A DNA stretch of 50,673 nucleotides from an uncultured Ruminococcus sp. (GCA_964624685.1 CAZUYA010000006.1:1-50673), one strand, 5' to 3'; shown: positions 15,538 to 25,938, counted from the stretch's first letter. Translations and numbers: made by a program. Notes: a model not told the origin generated them from the letters alone.

Positions 15538-18117
15538 ATGAAAAAGAAAATGATGAAACGAATCATTGCGGCAATTCTTTGTGTTGCACTGGGTGTAATC
15601 AGTATGCTCTCCATGTTCGGATGCAGCAATTCTTCCGGTGATCGTGCATTTGTCATTATGACCGAAGAGTTGGATGGGTTATTCAATCCTTTCTACTCGA
15701 CCTCGGCAAATGATGCCACGATTGTCGGTATGACGCAAATTGCCATGATTTCTACCGGTACGGATGCCAAGGGCGATGTTGTAGTCGCATACGGCGACAA
15801 TGAGGCGGTTGTGGTGAAAGATTACGACATTGTTCGGAATGACACTGCAAATACGACGACCTATACGTTCGTCATCAAAAACGGAATCCGTTTTTCCGAC
15901 GGAAAGCCGTTGACAATGAATGACGTTCTGTTTAACATTTATGTTTATTTGGACCCCGTTTATACCGGTTCGTCCACGATGTATTCCACCGATATTATCG
16001 GATTGCAGGACTACAGAACGCAAACCATGGGAGCTACGGATGATGCAAACGATGTCATCTCCAAGAATGCAAACAGCCGTGCGAATAACCGTATTAACGA
16101 GCTGATCAATGTATTTAAGTCGGCAGGAAAAACCACGACTGCAGGCAGTTATGATGCTGACTACAATAAGATGAAGGATGCCATTTCGAAGCACAGTCTT
16201 TCCAACGGTTACAAGGAAGCCGTTTCCAATAACAAGGACAGTGTGACAAACGAGCAGTTGTTGGCTGACTATGAATATGCACTTCAGCTCTTTAAGGAAG
16301 AGTTGGAACGTGATTTTGACGGTGCCGTCAGTAATTTTGCCGATGTGGAGCCTTATCAGTCTTATACCGGCATTGACTTTACCGATCCGATCGTTGCGTT
16401 CATGTGCTTGGAGGGTTACTGTTCCTATGAGTATGCAAAGGGAGCAGACGGAAAGGATGATAAATCCAAACTGGAAAAAGTGACATTGCAGTACAGTGAA
16501 GATGTTGTCAATTCCAAGGAAGCGGCAATTGATTATGTCTACAACAGTAAGGTCGGTTCCGAGTTGCATTCGATTCTCACGTATTGGGCAACCGCAACCA
16601 CGCTGAAGACCGAGTACGCCGCAACCGCAATGGAAGTGATCTTGCATGCCAATATGGCAGATGATGAATTGTTGGTTCCCAATATTAAAGGAATCGTTTC
16701 CTTGGGACACAACACGGATCTGACTTCTGTCAAGGTAGCAGGGACCGACTATAAAGTTGCGCAAGAGCATAATGCAGACGGAACGGTTGTCAATGCCGAT
16801 GAGTATGACGTTTTGCAGGTGACCATTAACGGTGTAGACCCGAAAGCAATTTGGAACTTTGGCTTTGCCGTTGCACCGCAACATTACTATGCTGAAGGGT
16901 ATTCCGTTGATATTGAGAAGAATCAGTTTGGTGTTGAATTCGGCTCTTTTGATTTTATGAAGAATGTCATTCAATCCAAAAACCGCGTACCGGTTGGTGC
17001 TGGTGCTTATATGGCAACCGATGCCAACGGTTCGGATTTGCCGAACGGCTCTGCTTTCTATGCAAACAATGTGGTTTATTTCAAAGCCAATGAGTATTTT
17101 ATGATGGGGAAGGCAAAGATCGAAAATGTTCGCTACCAGGTTGTCAGCTCTGCCAATGCCCTGAATGCTTTGGAGAGCGGTTCCGTGCATTTCGTATCTC
17201 CTCAGTTTACGCAAAAAAATATTGATAAGATCAATTCTTTGTCAAATAAGGGAATCAAGTCTCTTTCGACCGATCAGTTGGGATACGGTTATATCGGAAT
17301 CAATGCCGGAAAAATTGACAATGTTTATCTGCGCCGTGCAATCATGAGTGCAATGGATACCAGTTTGGCATTGCAGTATTACAGCAATGGAACGGCAAGC
17401 AACATTTATTGGCCGATGTCTGTTGTCAGCTGGGCATATCCGAAGGATGAATCCGGAAAGGTCAGTGAGGATAACAAGCATTCTTATCCCGCAATCAATT
17501 TCAATGATGACGATGCTAAAACGGCGATTTTAGATTATATGGCGCAGGCGGGCGTTTCCGCAGGTGATTCCAGATTGGAGATTACCTTTACCATTTCCGG
17601 CGCGAATATGACCGAACACCCCGCATATTTGGTCTTCCAAAAAGCGGCAACCCTGTTAAATGAATGTGGTTGGGATATTGAGGTTGTTCCGGATATTCAG
17701 GCATTGACAAAACTCAGCACCGGTTCCTTGGAAGTTTGGGCTGCTGCATGGGGTAGTACCGTGGATCCCGATATGTACCAGGTCTACCATAAGAATTCCA
17801 CGGCGACCAGTACGTTGGCATGGGGTTACAATGTGATTGTCAACAACAGCGCATATCCGTATGAAAATGATATCATTACCAAATTGAGTGCGGTGATCGA
17901 GGAAGCTCGTGAGACCGAGGACAGAGACGAGCGTTCGGAACTTTATGAAGAGGCAATGGGATATGTCCTTGATTTGGCAATCGAGTTGCCCGTTTACCAA
18001 AGAGATGTACTGTATGCGTATGATTCCACGGTTATTAAGTCCTCTTCGCTTCCTTCTACCATCAATCCTTATACGTCGCCGTTTGAACGTATTTGGGAGA
18101 TTGAATTCGCTGATTAA
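15538..18117 (+). CDS. oppA: Oligopeptide ABC transporter substrate-binding lipoprotein (family 5), enlarged
   Basis: Lipobox MFGC. GLFNPFY, YTFVIKNGIRFSDGKPLTMNDVLF, PVGAGAY, LRRAIM and ER.ELY..A motifs. Directly upstream of oppBCDF. Confidence 0.88.
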   Translation: MKKKMMKRIIAAILCVALGVISMLSMFGCSNSSGDRAFVIMTEELDGLFNPFYSTSANDATIVGMTQIAMISTGTDAKGDVVVAYGDNEAVVVKDYDIVRNDTANTTTYTFVIKNGIRFSDGKPLTMNDVLFNIYVYLDPVYTGSSTMYSTDIIGLQDYRTQTMGATDDANDVISKNANSRANNRINELINVFKSAGKTTTAGSYDADYNKMKDAISKHSLSNGYKEAVSNNKDSVTNEQLLADYEYALQLFKEELERDFDGAVSNFADVEPYQSYTGIDFTDPIVAFMCLEGYCSYEYAKGADGKDDKSKLEKVTLQYSEDVVNSKEAAIDYVYNSKVGSELHSILTYWATATTLKTEYAATAMEVILHANMADDELLVPNIKGIVSLGHNTDLTSVKVAGTDYKVAQEHNADGTVVNADEYDVLQVTINGVDPKAIWNFGFAVAPQHYYAEGYSVDIEKNQFGVEFGSFDFMKNVIQSKNRVPVGAGAYMATDANGSDLPNGSAFYANNVVYFKANEYFMMGKAKIENVRYQVVSSANALNALESGSVHFVSPQFTQKNIDKINSLSNKGIKSLSTDQLGYGYIGINAGKIDNVYLRRAIMSAMDTSLALQYYSNGTASNIYWPMSVVSWAYPKDESGKVSEDNKHSYPAINFNDDDAKTAILDYMAQAGVSAGDSRLEITFTISGANMTEHPAYLVFQKAATLLNECGWDIEVVPDIQALTKLSTGSLEVWAAAWGSTVDPDMYQVYHKNSTATSTLAWGYNVIVNNSAYPYENDIITKLSAVIEEARETEDRDERSELYEEAMGYVLDLAIELPVYQRDVLYAYDSTVIKSSSLPSTINPYTSPFERIWEIEFAD

Positions 18118-18142
18118 GAGAGCGGACATTCGGAGTTAGATT

Positions 18143-19159
18143 ATGCTAAAGTATATTTTGAAAAGAATCGGATGGAGCATCGTGGTTCTTTTGGGTGTAT
18201 CGTTGATCATTTATATTTTGATCAGATGTATGCCGTCTGATTTTATTGCGAACAAAGTTGCGGCGATGAATCAGAGTAACCAAGTCCAGCAAGAGACCAT
18301 CGACGCCATGTACGAAAGCTATGGCTTGGTACAGATTCCGGATGATGCCAATTTCTTCGAGCAGATGGGGATTATCATCAAAGGATATTTTCAGTGGCTT
18401 TCTTCGATCCTTCGTTTGGATTTCGGGAACAGTTTTACCGATAGCCAACCGGTGGTGTCCAAGATTGCCGACAATATGGGTGTGTCTTTTATGATTTCCT
18501 TGGTTGCGACGATTTTTGAATTTTTAATTGCAATACCGTTGGGCATTACCGCGGCAAGACATCAGTATTCCATTCGGGATTATGTTGTTACAATTTTTGT
18601 CATGATCGGCATTTCTCTTCCGTCTTTCTTCTTCGGACAAGTGTTAAAGGATCTGCTTGCCAATAAATTGGGGTGGTTCCCACCCTCCGGTTGGATAGAC
18701 GCTTCTGTAGTCGGTCAAGGGTTCGGCGCAACAATGTGGTCTTATTTTACGCACGCATTTATTCCGATCCTGACGGTTGTCATTTTGAGCATCGGTGCCA
18801 GAATGAGAATGACGAGAACCAACATGTTGGAAGTCCTGAATTCCGATTATATCCGAACGGCACGTGCCAAAGGATTGAAAGAAAAAAAAGTGATTTACAA
18901 GCATGCGTTTCGCAATACCATGATTCCGCTTGTGACCAGTATGGCAGGATTGTTGCCGTCGCTGTTCTCCGGTGCGATTATTACCGAGCAGGTCTTTGAC
19001 CTGCCCGGTATCGGTAACATTGCTTACAAGGCAATGATGCAAGCCGACATTCCCTTTATCATGGGTTACAATATGTTTTTGGCATTGCTCAGCGTGATCG
19101 GTGTTCTTTTGGCAGACTTGATGTATGCCGTGGTCGATCCCAGAGTCAAACTCAAATAA
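18143..19159 (+). CDS. oppB: Oligopeptide ABC transporter permease
   Basis: MLKYILKRI, LDFGNS, EAA-type loop TRTNMLEVLNSDYIRTARAKGL...HAFRN, ADLMYAVVDPRV. Confidence 0.95.
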   Translation: MLKYILKRIGWSIVVLLGVSLIIYILIRCMPSDFIANKVAAMNQSNQVQQETIDAMYESYGLVQIPDDANFFEQMGIIIKGYFQWLSSILRLDFGNSFTDSQPVVSKIADNMGVSFMISLVATIFEFLIAIPLGITAARHQYSIRDYVVTIFVMIGISLPSFFFGQVLKDLLANKLGWFPPSGWIDASVVGQGFGATMWSYFTHAFIPILTVVILSIGARMRMTRTNMLEVLNSDYIRTARAKGLKEKKVIYKHAFRNTMIPLVTSMAGLLPSLFSGAIITEQVFDLPGIGNIAYKAMMQADIPFIMGYNMFLALLSVIGVLLADLMYAVVDPRVKLK

Positions 19160-19172
19160 GGGGGGACAAAGT

Positions 19173-20252
19173 ATGGAAAACGAAAACAGAAATGCGGAAG
19201 CCTATGAAGAAGAGGCTGCTGCGGCAGTGGACGCCAACGAGTTGTCCGCACCGGAGGAACCGCATGATAAAAATGTTCGGTTGATGTCTCCCGCACGGAT
19301 GGTCGTGCGTCGGTTCTTCCGTTCCAAATTGAGTATTATCGGACTTTGTATGGTTATTGGGCTGTTCCTGTTCTGTTGGATCGGTCCGTTGGTTTATACA
19401 AAATGGGAATCCGGAGAAGCCGATTATTCCGGAAAGTTGAAATATTCGGAGACTCCGATCACTTATATGGACGAGAACGGTGTCGAGCATACATATTATC
19501 AAATTGACGAGACGTATGAGAAATTAAACGCACTCGGAAAACCTTCTTCCGAGCATCCTTTGGGAACGGATAAAGCGGGAAGAGATGTTTTGGCACGACT
19601 GATGAGCGGTGGGCAGATCTCTTTGACCGTTAGTTTTATTGCGGTTTTTGTCATTACGATTTTGGGTGTCTTTTTCGGTGCGATTGCGGGATATGCCGGC
19701 GGAGTTGTTGATTCCATCATCATGCGCGTTTGCGATGTGTTGATGTGTTTGCCCGGATTTCCGATCCTTTTGATTGTTGGGTTGGTGATTGAATCCTGGG
19801 GGATCGGATTGGAACACAAGATTTACTGGTTGATGGCATTTTTGGCGTTGATTTCATGGTCGGGAACCGCACGCTTGGTACGCGGACAGATTCTTTCTTT
19901 GCGTGAGCAGGAGTATATGGTTGCCGCTGAGGCGATGGGGTATTCCACAAAGAGAAAGATCTTTAAGCATTTGGTACCCAATGTCATGCCGCAGCTGATT
20001 GTGAATATGACGCTCAGTTTGGGAAGTATGATCCTTTATGAGGCATCACTCTCCTATTTGGGACTCGGTGCACCCGAAGAACATGCCGCATGGGGGAGTA
20101 TGATTCAGGTCATTTCCCAGGATGCCGATATTTTGGAAAATTATTTTAATGTTTGGGGACCTCCCGGTATCTGTATTATTCTTGCCGTGCTCGGATTTAA
20201 CTTTATCGGCGACGGCTTGCGTGATGCACTCGATCCCAAAATGAGGAGGTAA
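19173..20252 (+). CDS. oppC: Oligopeptide ABC transporter permease
   Basis: HPLGTDKAGRDVLARL, ARLVRGQILSLREQEYMVAAEAMG, FIGDGLRDALDPK. Start moved to ATG19173 after a GGGGG RBS. Confidence 0.95.
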   Translation: MENENRNAEAYEEEAAAAVDANELSAPEEPHDKNVRLMSPARMVVRRFFRSKLSIIGLCMVIGLFLFCWIGPLVYTKWESGEADYSGKLKYSETPITYMDENGVEHTYYQIDETYEKLNALGKPSSEHPLGTDKAGRDVLARLMSGGQISLTVSFIAVFVITILGVFFGAIAGYAGGVVDSIIMRVCDVLMCLPGFPILLIVGLVIESWGIGLEHKIYWLMAFLALISWSGTARLVRGQILSLREQEYMVAAEAMGYSTKRKIFKHLVPNVMPQLIVNMTLSLGSMILYEASLSYLGLGAPEEHAAWGSMIQVISQDADILENYFNVWGPPGICIILAVLGFNFIGDGLRDALDPKMRR

Positions 20253-20254
20253 TT

Positions 20255-21529
20255 ATGGATCACAAATCAAAAAAATCCTCCGGTCATTATCTTTCCGGAA
20301 AAGAAATTCGCGCCATTGCCAAGGAAAATGCCAAGGTGATGCATGCATTGGAAAAAAAGAAGTATCGTAAAGCTGATCCGAGCGAATACACGACTCAAAT
20401 GCGAGATCCGAAGAATATTTTGGAGATTGATGATCTGCATACGTTTTTCTTTACCGATCAAGGAGTTGTCAAAGCGGTGAACGGTGTCACATTCAATGTT
20501 CCTCAAAATGCGACTGTCGGCGTTGTCGGAGAGTCCGGATGCGGAAAAAGTGTGACCAGCATGTCGATTATGCGACTGCTTCAGGGACCGCAGGGACAAA
20601 TTTTTTCGGGGCAAATTCGTTTCAAATCCGAGGAATATGTGCGTGACGCAAAGGGCAATCCGATTCCGGAAACGGATGCAAACGGAACGCCTTTGCGGGA
20701 CGCAGACGGAAATCCCGTCTATCGGATGACGGAGACCGTCTTTGATATTGCCAACATGCCGATGAATGAAATTCATCGCATTCGAGGCAGACAGATTTCC
20801 ATGATCTTTCAGGAGCCGATGACATCCCTCAATCCGGTCTTTACAATCGGAAATCAATTGGATGAAGTGACATTTGTTCATGTGCCGGGAGCTACCAAAG
20901 AAACGGCAAAAAAGAAATCCATTGAGATGTTGGAACTGGTTGGTATTGCCGCACCGGAGCGCGTGTACAATTCGTATCCGCATGAGCTTTCCGGCGGTAT
21001 GCGACAACGTGTGATGATTTCCATGGCTTTGGCATGCAATCCGCGGTTGATTATTGCGGATGAGCCGACCACCGCGTTGGATGTAACCATTCAAGCGCAA
21101 ATTTTGGATCTGTTGCGTGATGTGAAAGATAAGATCAACGGTTCGGTGCTGTTGATTACGCATGACCTCGGTATCATTGCCGAAATGGCTGATTATGTGG
21201 TGGTTATGTATGCGGGACGAATTATTGAGCAAGGAACAGTGTCCGAAATTTTCCATCATCCGATGCATCCGTACACCATCGGTCTGCAAAAGTCCAAGCC
21301 GACCATGGATTCCGATTCGGAAACGCTGTTTAATATTCCGGGAAATGTTCCGAACCCCGTGAATATGCCGAATCACTGTTATTTTAAGGAACGTTGTTCC
21401 AAATGTATTCAAAAATGTTCCGGCGATTATCCGGGGATGATACAGGTCAGCCCGACACACTATGTGGCTTGTCACCTCTATGATGAAGTCAGCAATTCAA
21501 AAAAGGAGGAATCGCAAAATGGAAATTGA
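20255..21529 (+). CDS. oppD: Oligopeptide ABC transporter ATP-binding protein
   Basis: GESGCGKS Walker A, MIFQEPMTSLNP, LSGGMRQR, DEPTT, HPYT and the Cys-containing C-terminal oligopeptide domain. Confidence 0.95.
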   Translation: MDHKSKKSSGHYLSGKEIRAIAKENAKVMHALEKKKYRKADPSEYTTQMRDPKNILEIDDLHTFFFTDQGVVKAVNGVTFNVPQNATVGVVGESGCGKSVTSMSIMRLLQGPQGQIFSGQIRFKSEEYVRDAKGNPIPETDANGTPLRDADGNPVYRMTETVFDIANMPMNEIHRIRGRQISMIFQEPMTSLNPVFTIGNQLDEVTFVHVPGATKETAKKKSIEMLELVGIAAPERVYNSYPHELSGGMRQRVMISMALACNPRLIIADEPTTALDVTIQAQILDLLRDVKDKINGSVLLITHDLGIIAEMADYVVVMYAGRIIEQGTVSEIFHHPMHPYTIGLQKSKPTMDSDSETLFNIPGNVPNPVNMPNHCYFKERCSKCIQKCSGDYPGMIQVSPTHYVACHLYDEVSNSKKEESQNGN

Positions 21530-22637
21530 GAATTTGAAGCAACCCTGTGCTGATTCCGACAGCCCGTCTTCCTATGATGATGAGGCAATTGCCGCAAAAG
21601 AACGTCTTGCGCGGCAAGAGAGAATTGATGCCGATATGGGAAAGCCATATGATCCGGAGGCACTTTTGGAAGTGCGTCACCTGTGTAAAAGCTTTCCGAT
21701 CAAAAAGAATCTGATGGGGAAAACATTGCAGAGTTTGATTGCCGTGGACGATGTTTCGTTTAAGCTCAAGCCGGGGGAAACCCTCGGCATTGTGGGAGAA
21801 TCCGGTTGCGGGAAAACCACAATGGGACGAACCATTCTTAAACTTTACGAATCGAACGGCGGTCGGATCATTTTTAACGGCAATGATATTACCGATTACA
21901 AAACGTCGCAGATGCGTCAGATTCGTACACAAATGCAGATCATTTTCCAGGATCCGTATTCTTCTTTGCCCCCAAGAAGTACGGTTGGGGATATTCTTTC
22001 CGAACCGGTCAAGGTGCATAAGATTGTTCCTCGAAATGAGGTCAAGGAGTATGTTTTGGATCTGATGGAAAAATGCGGCTTGCGCGATTATTATTATGAA
22101 CGGTATCCGCATGAATTTTCCGGCGGTCAAAGACAGCGAATCTGTATTGCCCGTGCGCTGTCGGTCCAACCTCAATTGGTTGTTTGCGACGAACCGGTTT
22201 CCGCATTGGATGTATCCATTCAGGCGCAGATTATCAATCTGCTCAAGGATCTGCAGGCATCCATGAATTTGACCTATCTTTTTATCTCTCATGATTTGTC
22301 GGTCGTCAAGTTTATTTCCGATAAGATCGGTGTCATGTATTTGGGTTCCATGGTGGAATATGGCAGTAAAAAGGATATTTTCTCCTCGCCGTTGCATCCA
22401 TATACCAAAGCCCTCTTTTCTGCAATTCCGAATCCGAATCCGGATGTTAAAATGAATCGGATCGTATTGAAAGGGGATATTCCGTCCCCGGCGAATCCGC
22501 CAAAAGGATGCCGCTTCCATACAAGATGTCCTCATGCAACCGAAAAATGCCGTCATATGACACCGGAATATCGGGAGTACGGTAACGGACATTTTGCGGC
22601 ATGCCACATGTTGGCTGATGGAGAAAGTCATGAGTAA
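21519..22637 (+). CDS. oppF: Oligopeptide ABC transporter ATP-binding protein
   Basis: [52 protein letters not shown] before ATG21519. Confidence 0.95.
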   Translation: MEIENLKQPCADSDSPSSYDDEAIAAKERLARQERIDADMGKPYDPEALLEVRHLCKSFPIKKNLMGKTLQSLIAVDDVSFKLKPGETLGIVGESGCGKTTMGRTILKLYESNGGRIIFNGNDITDYKTSQMRQIRTQMQIIFQDPYSSLPPRSTVGDILSEPVKVHKIVPRNEVKEYVLDLMEKCGLRDYYYERYPHEFSGGQRQRICIARALSVQPQLVVCDEPVSALDVSIQAQIINLLKDLQASMNLTYLFISHDLSVVKFISDKIGVMYLGSMVEYGSKKDIFSSPLHPYTKALFSAIPNPNPDVKMNRIVLKGDIPSPANPPKGCRFHTRCPHATEKCRHMTPEYREYGNGHFAACHMLADGESHE

Positions 22638-22899
22638 GAAAAACGAGAAAAAGCAAAAGAAAGAAAAAATCGTGTATGTCGATGACGGTTCCACTGTGGT
22701 TGATATGTCTGCTTTGAATCCTTCTCGTCAGAAGTCTGCGGTTGACTCAACCGATCAAACTTCGCGCCCAAGGTGGAGACAGATTTTGGATACCTATTTT
22801 GAAAGTGTCAAAATGATGTTGCTCCCCATGCTGATTTTTATGGGGGCGATCGCACTGGTCTTTTTAATCGTATGGTTGCTTTTCCGTTTTGTTGCATAG
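22630..22899 (+). CDS. Small membrane protein at the end of the opp operon
   Basis: Overlaps the oppF stop. Lys-rich N-terminus, IVYVDDGSTVVDMS motif and a C-terminal TM helix. Confidence 0.7.
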   Translation: MSKKNEKKQKKEKIVYVDDGSTVVDMSALNPSRQKSAVDSTDQTSRPRWRQILDTYFESVKMMLLPMLIFMGAIALVFLIVWLLFRFVA

Positions 22900-22912
22900 A
22901 GTTTTTTCAAAC

Positions 22913-22952
22913 AAAGTGCCGAGGTCGTTCGCATGAGCGACCTCGGCACTTT
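22913..22952. terminator. Bidirectional terminator between the opp operon and pmbA
   Basis: AAAGTGCCGAGGTCGTTC / GAGCGACCTCGGCACTTT long inverted repeat between convergent genes. Confidence 0.9.
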
Positions 22953-22974
22953 ATTGCTTTGTTGTTTCCAATTT

Positions 22975-24318
22975 TTACGTTCCGGCGATGCTCATTTTAC
23001 GCACCAATACGTCCGGAGAACCGAATACAGTAAATCCGGATGGGAATCCCCAATGGATGGTGTCTCCCAATGTGTCGATCTCTTTCAATAAAGTGAAGAA
23101 ATTACCGGCGACGGTGAACGATTTGATCGGTTCAGCCTTTTTTCCGTCTCGAATCATGAATCCTGCACTTTCAATGGAAAAGTCTCCTGTTACCGCATCC
23201 GAACCCGCGTGAAATCCTTTACATTCCGTGATATAGATTCCTGTCCCGATCTTTTGAAATAGTTCTTCCTGTGTGGCGGTACCGGCTTGCAACCCGAAAT
23301 TGTACGGCGCGATGCCGACAGGGGAAGAATAGCTGCTTTTTTGCCCGTTTCCGGTGGATTCCCGTCCTGCTTTTTTTGCTGTGGTCAAATTATACAGCAG
23401 GGTGTTCAAGATGCCGTTTTCGATTACGGCTTGCCGATGTGTGGCAACCCCTTCACTGTCAAAAGGCGTTTGCATCGACGAACCGACACGCATCGGGTCA
23501 TCCACGATCGTCACATTTTGAGATGCGATTTGTTCACCCTCTTTTCCTGCCAGAAGGGAAAGTCCCAGTTGTGCATTTTTTGCCGAAAAAGCCGGAGAAA
23601 AAGCAGAGAGAAACTGACGAAATTCTTTTCCGCTGAATACAACATCGTATTTTCCGGAAGGTACTGTGGTAGCACCCATTTTTTCCAGTGCATTTTGGAC
23701 GGCATTGACAGGAGCTTTTTTCAAAGATTCATAGTCGGTGCCTTCTGCAAATTCAAAGCTTTCTTGCGCTTCTTCACCGTCACGAACAACGGCTGAAGCA
23801 TAGGCACCGCTCATGCCGACGCGGTTGGAAAGTTCCAAGCCGTTAGAGTTGTAAAGATGAATTTCGGTGAGTGCTGACATTGCATAGGATTGCGTTCCGT
23901 CGGATACTTTGCCGCTTTGGGCATAGGTGTCTTTCTGTAAGTGCAGGGCGTTTTCTCTGATGACAGCGGCATCGCTTAAACACGGTGCTGCATGATCTGT
24001 TTTTGCATAGACGGGAGAACCGGAAAAAATAAACGGCTCATCCTCGCTGTCAATGCATCCCGCATTGGAAATGGCTTTTTGAACCAACTCCTTCATGGCA
24101 TCTTCCGTCATCAATTCTCCGGACGCATAGCCCATTTTTCCGTTGACGATACAGCGAAAACAGATTCCTCCGATGACACTGGAAGAGAAGGAACTGATTT
24201 CGTCTTTCAGGGTTTCGGCACTGACGCTTTCTTCTCTTTGATAGTAAATTTCGTATTGTTCCAATCCGGCTTCCTGTGCGGATCGAATCAAGGCATCTTT
24301 CATTTGTTCAAACAACAT
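22975..24318 (-). CDS. pmbA: TldD/PmbA family protein (PmbA/TldE subunit)
   Basis: PFDSEGV, IENGIL, STGNG, TGDFSI and FTVAGNF motifs; no HExxxH; directly follows tldD. Confidence 0.9.
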   Translation of the reverse strand: MLFEQMKDALIRSAQEAGLEQYEIYYQREESVSAETLKDEISSFSSSVIGGICFRCIVNGKMGYASGELMTEDAMKELVQKAISNAGCIDSEDEPFIFSGSPVYAKTDHAAPCLSDAAVIRENALHLQKDTYAQSGKVSDGTQSYAMSALTEIHLYNSNGLELSNRVGMSGAYASAVVRDGEEAQESFEFAEGTDYESLKKAPVNAVQNALEKMGATTVPSGKYDVVFSGKEFRQFLSAFSPAFSAKNAQLGLSLLAGKEGEQIASQNVTIVDDPMRVGSSMQTPFDSEGVATHRQAVIENGILNTLLYNLTTAKKAGRESTGNGQKSSYSSPVGIAPYNFGLQAGTATQEELFQKIGTGIYITECKGFHAGSDAVTGDFSIESAGFMIRDGKKAEPIKSFTVAGNFFTLLKEIDTLGDTIHWGFPSGFTVFGSPDVLVRKMSIAGT

Positions 24319-24319
24319 A

Positions 24320-25699
24320 TTAACGACCTCCTACGGTAATGGATGACACACGGATGAGCGGTTGACCGACGTCGGTGGGAACGTTACCGCTGGAAGAACC
24401 GCACATTCCCTGTGCGCGTTCCAAATTTTGTCCGACCATGTCAATGTTTTGCAGAATTTCCGAGCCTGTACCGACGAGTGATGCGCCGCGAACCGGTTCG
24501 CAGATTTTTCCGTTTCGGACGATATAACCTTCCGCCACGGCAAAGTTGAATGCACCGGTGAGAGGATTGACTGAGCCACCTCCCATTTTTCGACAGTATA
24601 GACCGTATTCCATGGAGGCAATAATATCCTCGTTTTGATCGGGACCGTTTGCAATGAAAGTGTTTGTCATGCGCGAGGTCGCTTCATAACCATAGCCTTG
24701 GCGACGTGCGCTTCCCGTCATGGGCATTCCCATACGGCGAGAACCGAGACGGTCGATCAGGTAGTTTTTCAAAATACCGTTTTCAATCAAGACATTCCGT
24801 TGCGTCGGAGTTCCTTCGTCGTCGATATTGACAGATCCCCATGCACCCGGAATGGTTCCGTCATCAATGGCTGTTACTTTTGGATTTGCAATTTGCTGTC
24901 CGAGTTTTCCGGACATTTGTGAAGCCCCGATGGAAACGGATGTTGCTTCCAGAGAGTGACCGCATGCCTCATGGAAAATGACACCGCCGAATCCGTTTTC
25001 AATGGCAACCGTCATGGTGCCTGCGGGGCAGTAATCCGCACGCAAATTGACCATTGCCGAGCGGGATGCTTCGCGTCCGACATCGCGCGGGGATACCGTC
25101 TCGAAAAATTCCAACCCCATACCGCCGCCGGGACCGTTGAAACCGGATTGATTGACACCGGCAGAGCTGGCAACCGCAGAGATTGCCATTCTGGTACGAA
25201 TATGACGGTCTGTGGTATAGAGTCCTTCCGTATTGGCTACCAGAATGGTGTGATCGACACCGAGCAGGGTTCCGCTGACTTGGGAGATTGCCGCATCGTA
25301 TTCTTTTGCGGCAATGCAACCTTCACGCAACAGATCGGCGCGGATTCGTGTTTCCACGGTCGTCGGAACGATGCGCGCGGGATGAATGTTCGGATAAAGC
25401 CGTTCCTGAAGCCGGACATGTTCGGTTGCCTTCAACTCTCCCATTGCCGCGGCAACCGCACGAGCGCATTGTAACAGACCTTCCCGGGAGGTATCCGATG
25501 TGGAAGCATAAACTGTTTTTGTTCCGAGAAATGCGCGAATACCGACACCGGAAATCAAGTCATCGGTGGCACGATCCAATTTGCCGTCCACCATGGAAAG
25601 GTTGTTGGTGCGGGTGAGTTCGCCGTAAAGTTCGACAAAATCCGCACCGCCGGTCATTGCACCGGTCAGAACCTCTTCAACCAGAGTTTTTGAAATCAT
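24320..25699 (-). CDS. tldD: TldD metallopeptidase
   Basis: FHEACGHSLE metal motif, IDDEG, RMTNT, GGGSV and C-terminal GMCG. Start set at MISKT (alternative 25729). Confidence 0.92.
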   Translation of the reverse strand: MISKTLVEEVLTGAMTGGADFVELYGELTRTNNLSMVDGKLDRATDDLISGVGIRAFLGTKTVYASTSDTSREGLLQCARAVAAAMGELKATEHVRLQERLYPNIHPARIVPTTVETRIRADLLREGCIAAKEYDAAISQVSGTLLGVDHTILVANTEGLYTTDRHIRTRMAISAVASSAGVNQSGFNGPGGGMGLEFFETVSPRDVGREASRSAMVNLRADYCPAGTMTVAIENGFGGVIFHEACGHSLEATSVSIGASQMSGKLGQQIANPKVTAIDDGTIPGAWGSVNIDDEGTPTQRNVLIENGILKNYLIDRLGSRRMGMPMTGSARRQGYGYEATSRMTNTFIANGPDQNEDIIASMEYGLYCRKMGGGSVNPLTGAFNFAVAEGYIVRNGKICEPVRGASLVGTGSEILQNIDMVGQNLERAQGMCGSSSGNVPTDVGQPLIRVSSITVGGR

Positions 25700-25873
25700 C
25701 TTTTCATTCTCACTTTCCAAAGGTATCATTATAATCTTTTATACATCTATTATTGTATCATAAATGTTTTCAAAAAACAATAGGGCGGTGAGATTTTTTT
25801 CATTGTAGGAAAAGAATCTCGCTTGAAAGCATGAAAAAAATCTGATTTTTGAAAGAAAAAGTGGCATAAGCTA

Positions 25874-25903
25874 TTGACAAATCCCCCTTTTTCGTTGTAT
25901 AAT
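25874..25903 (+). promoter_or_regulatory. Sigma-A promoter
   Basis: TTGACA-18 nt-TATAAT. Confidence 0.75.
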
Positions 25904-25938
25904 ATGTTACAAGGAGCTTTCTTGAAAGGAGCATGATA

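Noticed and set aside
13606-22694. Long antisense ORFs (13606-14931, 15679-17214, 20267-21475, 21489-22694)
   Set aside because: They overlap well-supported plus-strand genes and lack motifs; shadow ORFs.
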